Of a stretch of DNA of 20,000 nucleotides, positions 16,201 through 20,000 are shown piece by piece. The notes beneath the pieces were generated by a model. That model was given only the letters and a program-made list of their open reading frames with translations. It was not told the origin of the DNA and did not search any database. A program made the position numbers and the translations under genes. The stretch lies in IMG/VR virus record IMGVR_UViG_3300046519_000369; one strand, 5' to 3'. The stretch comes from an uncultured virus (IMG/VR IMGVR_UViG_3300046519_000369) (lineage: Duplodnaviria; Heunggongvirae; Uroviricota; Caudoviricetes). Numbering within the stretch: position 1 is the first letter of the stretch; each line of letters opens with the position of its first letter.

Positions 16201-17004
16201 ATGACAAGTCTAGCATTAACATTTAATGAAGTGAACTTACACCCAATTTCTATAGAGGATGGGCAGGTGTGGATAGGGGCAACCCAAATTGGGTTAGCCT
16301 TAAGATACGCAAATCCTGAAACGGCTGTAATTAAACTGTTTAATCGAAATATTGAAGAGTTTTCTACAAATATGACTCGGTTAGTAGAAATGAAAACAAA
16401 TGGTGGTTTGCAATCTATAAGAGTTTTTTCACTTCGAGGTTGCCATCTTATTGCTATGTTCGCAAAAACTGCGATTGCTAAAGAATTCCGTAAATGGGTT
16501 TTAGATATTCTAGATCGGGAAGTTCAACCAAAACATAAAACTCACAAATCTGAACGTGTATCACTTAACGATGCCATTCACTTACTAGTGGCCAAAACTA
16601 AAAACCTGAACTTCTCTGATGCCTACAAACTGGTGCACCAGCGTTTTGGTGTAGAAGGCATAGATGAAATTTCTTTTGATGAGATTCCTGTAGCGGTTGA
16701 ATATGTTCACCACCTAATTGCTCTTATGAGCAATAAAAACGGTAATACAGGACTAGACACCAACGTTAAAGCTATGGCGATATACCTAGCTTGGTTAAGC
16801 GGGTGGTGGAGACAGTTTGGCCCTGCGGTAAGAGGTATTAATCCGCATATGGCCGCAGCAATCCATGATTATTTTAATGATGGAGGCTTTGTCGCTTGGT
16901 CATTTATTGAAAAAGATAAGAGAGCCGAGCTACATAAACGTATAGATACTCATCCTTGGCATTTACCACCAATGGATCGTTATCATTTGCTAAATAGAAA
17001 CTAA
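16201..17004 (+). CDS. Phage antirepressor (Bro-N domain; P22 Ant-like arrangement)
   Basis: QVWI...IGLALRY...RVFSLRGCHLIAMFAKTAIAKEFRKWVLDILD; AGGAG RBS. Confidence 0.9.
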   Translation: MTSLALTFNEVNLHPISIEDGQVWIGATQIGLALRYANPETAVIKLFNRNIEEFSTNMTRLVEMKTNGGLQSIRVFSLRGCHLIAMFAKTAIAKEFRKWVLDILDREVQPKHKTHKSERVSLNDAIHLLVAKTKNLNFSDAYKLVHQRFGVEGIDEISFDEIPVAVEYVHHLIALMSNKNGNTGLDTNVKAMAIYLAWLSGWWRQFGPAVRGINPHMAAAIHDYFNDGGFVAWSFIEKDKRAELHKRIDTHPWHLPPMDRYHLLNRN

Positions 17005-17011
17005 TAGTTCA

Positions 17012-17040
17012 GTGGAGATGACGGGAGTTGAACCCGCGTC
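17012..17040 (-). other. tmRNA (ssrA)-like 3'-end fragment, att-like site
   Basis: Minus strand GACGCGGGTTCAACTCCCGTCATCTCCAC: T-arm plus acceptor 3' strand with U at the G3-U70 position and A discriminator; no 5' part of the RNA adjacent. Confidence 0.85.
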
Positions 17041-17043
17041 TTT

Positions 17044-17069
17044 AAGAGCTCTCTTCGGAGGGCTTTTTT
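17044..17069 (+). terminator. Rho-independent terminator
   Basis: aagagctctc-ttcg-gagggctttttt. Confidence 0.85.
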
Positions 17070-17394
17070 ATGTAATGAGCATATAAAAACTAGAAAAATA
17101 ATATTTTTATGCTTTTGTAATTCCTATCAAATATCAGTACAAAAATGACTCCAATAGATGTAATGTCTAGATGGTTATTTACATGAAAATTACAACATCT
17201 TAAAAAAGAAATCTTTATATAAAGCTTCAAAATAGATGTTGTCACTTATGTCAGTAAAATGATTATTAGATTTAACTGTTTTGCAAGAATTTTGCATTTA
17301 TTTTGCAGGACATCGAAATAAATCTAATAAACTTAAAATTAATCAAATAGATATGGAATTTCTAAAATATTTATTCTTTATGGAGAAAGAATAT

Positions 17395-18816
17395 ATGTGG
17401 GAATTATTTGTAATTCTACTTTCGCTTGGGCTGTTAATGTACACAGCTTACAAGGGTTTTTCCGTCATTCTCATGGCACCAATTTGTGCCTTACTCGCGG
17501 TTTTACTCATTAACCCAGCCAATGTTTTACCGTTTTATTCGGGTGTTTTTATGCCCAAAATGGTGAACTTTATTAAAGATTACTTTCTTGTATTTTTGCT
17601 CGGGGCAATTTTCGGTAAAGTTGTTGAAATGTCAGGAATTGCTGAGTCTATCGCTCGAACTATTGTGAGATGGATTGGGGCCAAAAAAGCAATTTTGACA
17701 GTTGTACTATTAGGTGCAATTTTAACATATAGCGGTGTCAGCTTATTTGTTGCAGTATTTGCAATTTATCCTTTTGCAAACCAGCTTTTTAGACAAGCTA
17801 ATATTCCAAAACGTTTAATTCCCGGAACCATCGCACTGGGCGCATTCACGTTCACAATGGATGCATTGCCAGGTACGCCGCAAATCCAGAACGTTATTCC
17901 AACTACATTCTTTGGTACCAATATTTATGCCGCCCCATTTTTAGGGATTATTGGCGCTATTTTTGTTTTATGTGCAGGTTTAGCCTATTTGGAGTGGCGC
18001 CGTCGTGCTGCTGCGAAAGCGGGTGAAGGCTTTTCTGGTTTTGGAGTAGACAATACACCATCTCAAGAAGCTGAAGCCGATATATCTATGCAAAATAATG
18101 GAAGCACAGCTCGTCAGTTTTTAGCATTTGTACCTCTCATTCTTGTTGCGGTAATGAACAAATATTTGTCTAAGGCAATTAAAGAGTGGTATCCAAACGG
18201 CTTTGATTTTGCCACTGTAGGTTTAGCCGATTATACCGTTGATGTTGCAAAAACGGGGGCGATCTGGGCTGTAGGCTTAGCACTCATTGTCGGGATTATT
18301 TCTGCAATTTTGTTTGATTATCAGCGTGTAGTGACGAACTTTAAAGAAGGTGTCAACGCGAGTATTGGGGGCTCACTTTTAGCAGTGATGAATACTGCTT
18401 CTGAGTATGGCTTTGGTGCGATTATTGCGTCATTACCGGGCTTTGCCATGATTAGCCACGCAATGAGTAGTACCTTCACGAACCCATTGGTAAACGGTGC
18501 GGTGACCACAACGGTTTTAGCGGGTATTACTGGTTCAGCTTCTGGTGGTATGAGTATCGCTCTAAGTGCGATGGCTGAACACTATAACGCCGCGATTTTA
18601 GCCGCTGGTATTCCTCCAGAAGTCATGCACCGTGTGGTTGCAATGGCATCGGGCGGTATGGATACGCTTCCTCATAATGGCGCCGTGATTACCTTACTTG
18701 CTGTTACAGGTTTAACCCATAAACAGTCGTATAAGGATATTTTTGCAGTCACAGTAATTAAAACATTAGCGGTATTTGTGGTGATTACGGTCTTTACAGT
18801 GACTGGTATTGTTTAA
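17395..18816 (+). CDS. GntP-family permease, probable D-3-hydroxybutyrate transporter
   Basis: Multi-TM; LPGTPQIQN, GITGSASGG, DTLPHNGA motifs; GGAG upstream of ATG 17395; adjacent to bdh. Confidence 0.9.
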   Translation: MWELFVILLSLGLLMYTAYKGFSVILMAPICALLAVLLINPANVLPFYSGVFMPKMVNFIKDYFLVFLLGAIFGKVVEMSGIAESIARTIVRWIGAKKAILTVVLLGAILTYSGVSLFVAVFAIYPFANQLFRQANIPKRLIPGTIALGAFTFTMDALPGTPQIQNVIPTTFFGTNIYAAPFLGIIGAIFVLCAGLAYLEWRRRAAAKAGEGFSGFGVDNTPSQEAEADISMQNNGSTARQFLAFVPLILVAVMNKYLSKAIKEWYPNGFDFATVGLADYTVDVAKTGAIWAVGLALIVGIISAILFDYQRVVTNFKEGVNASIGGSLLAVMNTASEYGFGAIIASLPGFAMISHAMSSTFTNPLVNGAVTTTVLAGITGSASGGMSIALSAMAEHYNAAILAAGIPPEVMHRVVAMASGGMDTLPHNGAVITLLAVTGLTHKQSYKDIFAVTVIKTLAVFVVITVFTVTGIV

Positions 18817-18849
18817 ACCAACAAGTTAAAAATATTAAGGAGTGAATAG

Positions 18850-19635
18850 ATGACTAAACTTTTAGACGGAAAAGTAGCCTTTATTACGGGCTCTGCAAGC
18901 GGGATCGGTCTAGAGATTGCTAAGAAATTTGCTCAAGAAGGTGCAAAAGTTGTTATTTCTGATATGAATGCTGAAAAGTGCCAAGAAACAGCAAAGCTGC
19001 TAACAGAACAAGGCTTTGAAGCACTATCTGCACCATGTGACGTAACTGACGAAGATGCTTATAAACAAGCAATTGAGTTAATTCAACAGACCTTTGGTAC
19101 AGTAGATATCTTAATTAATAATGCTGGTTTCCAACATGTTGCACCTATTGAAGAGTTTCCAACGGCTGTTTTTCAAAAACTAGTTCAGGTCATGCTCACT
19201 GGTTCGTTTATTGGTATTAAACATGTCTTTCCAATTATGAAAGCTCAGAAATCGGGTCGTATTATTAATATGGCTTCAATTAATGGTTTGATTGGCTTTG
19301 CAGGCAAAGCAGGCTATAACAGCGCGAAACATGGTTTAATTGGTCTGACAAAAGTTGCCGCATTAGAATGTGCAAGAGATGGCATTACAGTCAATGCACT
19401 CTGCCCGGGTTATGTCGACACACCATTGGTTCGCGGTCAAATTGCAGATTTGGCTAAGACTCGTAATGTTAGTCTAGACAGCGCGCTTGAAGATGTAATT
19501 CTGGCAATGGTTCCTCAAAAACGTTTGTTATCTGTTGAAGAAATTGCTGACTACGCAATTTTCCTTGCGAGTGACAAAGCAGGTGGGGTAACGGGTCAGG
19601 CTGTAGTTATGGATGGTGGTTATACCGCACAATAA
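18850..19635 (+). CDS. bdhA: 3-hydroxybutyrate dehydrogenase (SDR)
   Basis: TGSASGIG, NNAGFQHVAPIEEFP, YNSAKHG, CPGYVDTPLV. Confidence 0.95.
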   Translation: MTKLLDGKVAFITGSASGIGLEIAKKFAQEGAKVVISDMNAEKCQETAKLLTEQGFEALSAPCDVTDEDAYKQAIELIQQTFGTVDILINNAGFQHVAPIEEFPTAVFQKLVQVMLTGSFIGIKHVFPIMKAQKSGRIINMASINGLIGFAGKAGYNSAKHGLIGLTKVAALECARDGITVNALCPGYVDTPLVRGQIADLAKTRNVSLDSALEDVILAMVPQKRLLSVEEIADYAIFLASDKAGGVTGQAVVMDGGYTAQ

Positions 19636-19648
19636 GTTAGAGTTTTAT

Positions 19649-19682
19649 AAAGACCGCTTATTTTTAATAGGCGGTTTTTTTA
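19649..19682 (+). terminator. Rho-independent terminator
   Basis: aaagaccgcttatt...aataggcggttttttt. Confidence 0.85.
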
Positions 19683-19961
19683 TCAATAAAAAGATATGTA
19701 AGTTTAGTGTTCAAAACGATGATTTATCTCTACTATAGTTGCTTATAAAAAATCTAATAAAATAAGTTTGTTAAGGTATGAAATTATACTTTAAAGGTAT
19801 TTAACTTATTTCCAATTTTAAAATCTAATAGAGTGTGAGAAAGTAATCTTTCCTCTCTTTCTTGATTAGATATTTTTCAGGAAAATTCGTCAATTAAAGG
19901 ATATTAATTGGCATACAAGTTGCTTTTTAAGCAATAAGTTATTTAGCTAGGTGAAAAGGAT

Positions 19962-20000
19962 ATGATATCACTCAGCCAACAGACGGAACTCAATCATTAT
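19962..20000 (+). CDS. Possible start of the next host gene (truncated)
   Basis: AAGGA immediately before ATG; MISLSQQTELNHY open to the window end. Confidence 0.3.
   Translation, partial: MISLSQQTELNHY

Larger units (their letters stand above)
1..17070. mobile_element. Right-hand part of a temperate prophage (tail spikes, lysis cassette, cargo, immI-like module); left end outside window
   Basis: Tailspikes, holin, GH108 endolysin, Arc-family repressors, Bro-N antirepressor and a tmRNA fragment, followed by a switch to housekeeping genes after ~17070. Exact boundary uncertain. Confidence 0.9.

Noticed and set aside
17012..17040. Complete tRNA or tmRNA gene
   Set aside because: Only T-arm and acceptor 3' strand present; no 5' half and no encoded CCA
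17281..17394. Extended TTG start of the permease
   Set aside because: Hydrophilic AT-rich extension; the RBS supports ATG 17395
6754..18509. Short overlapping ORFs (6754, 7138, 8137, 8267, 9002, 10295, 10906, 11572, 12689, 13237, 15663, 18321)
   Set aside because: Overlap better-supported genes and show no recognisable motifs

Overview
AT-rich, Acinetobacter-like sequence covering the right end of a prophage (1 to ~17070) and its junction with host genes (GntP-family permease, 3-hydroxybutyrate dehydrogenase). The phage part runs: two tandem tailspike/depolymerase genes; holin; two morons; GH108 endolysin; an uncalled 32-aa lipoprotein-like ORF; ~10 kb of cargo; a P22 immI-like mnt/arc/antirepressor module; and a tmRNA 3'-end fragment. 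The cargo is the most striking part. It is punctuated by three extra, diverged copies of the endolysin 3' end and/or the small lipoprotein with its terminator. Between these copies lie interbacterial-conflict modules: a VgrG-tip, lytic transglycosylase effector and immunity triplet; a second, internally deleted allele of that effector with an intact paralogous immunity gene; an Imm40-like gene and other orphan lipoproteins; a Thr1 proteasome-like Ntn hydrolase; an HNH nuclease; and a Cys-His-Asp enzyme. All family calls come from motif recognition by eye; no searches were run.
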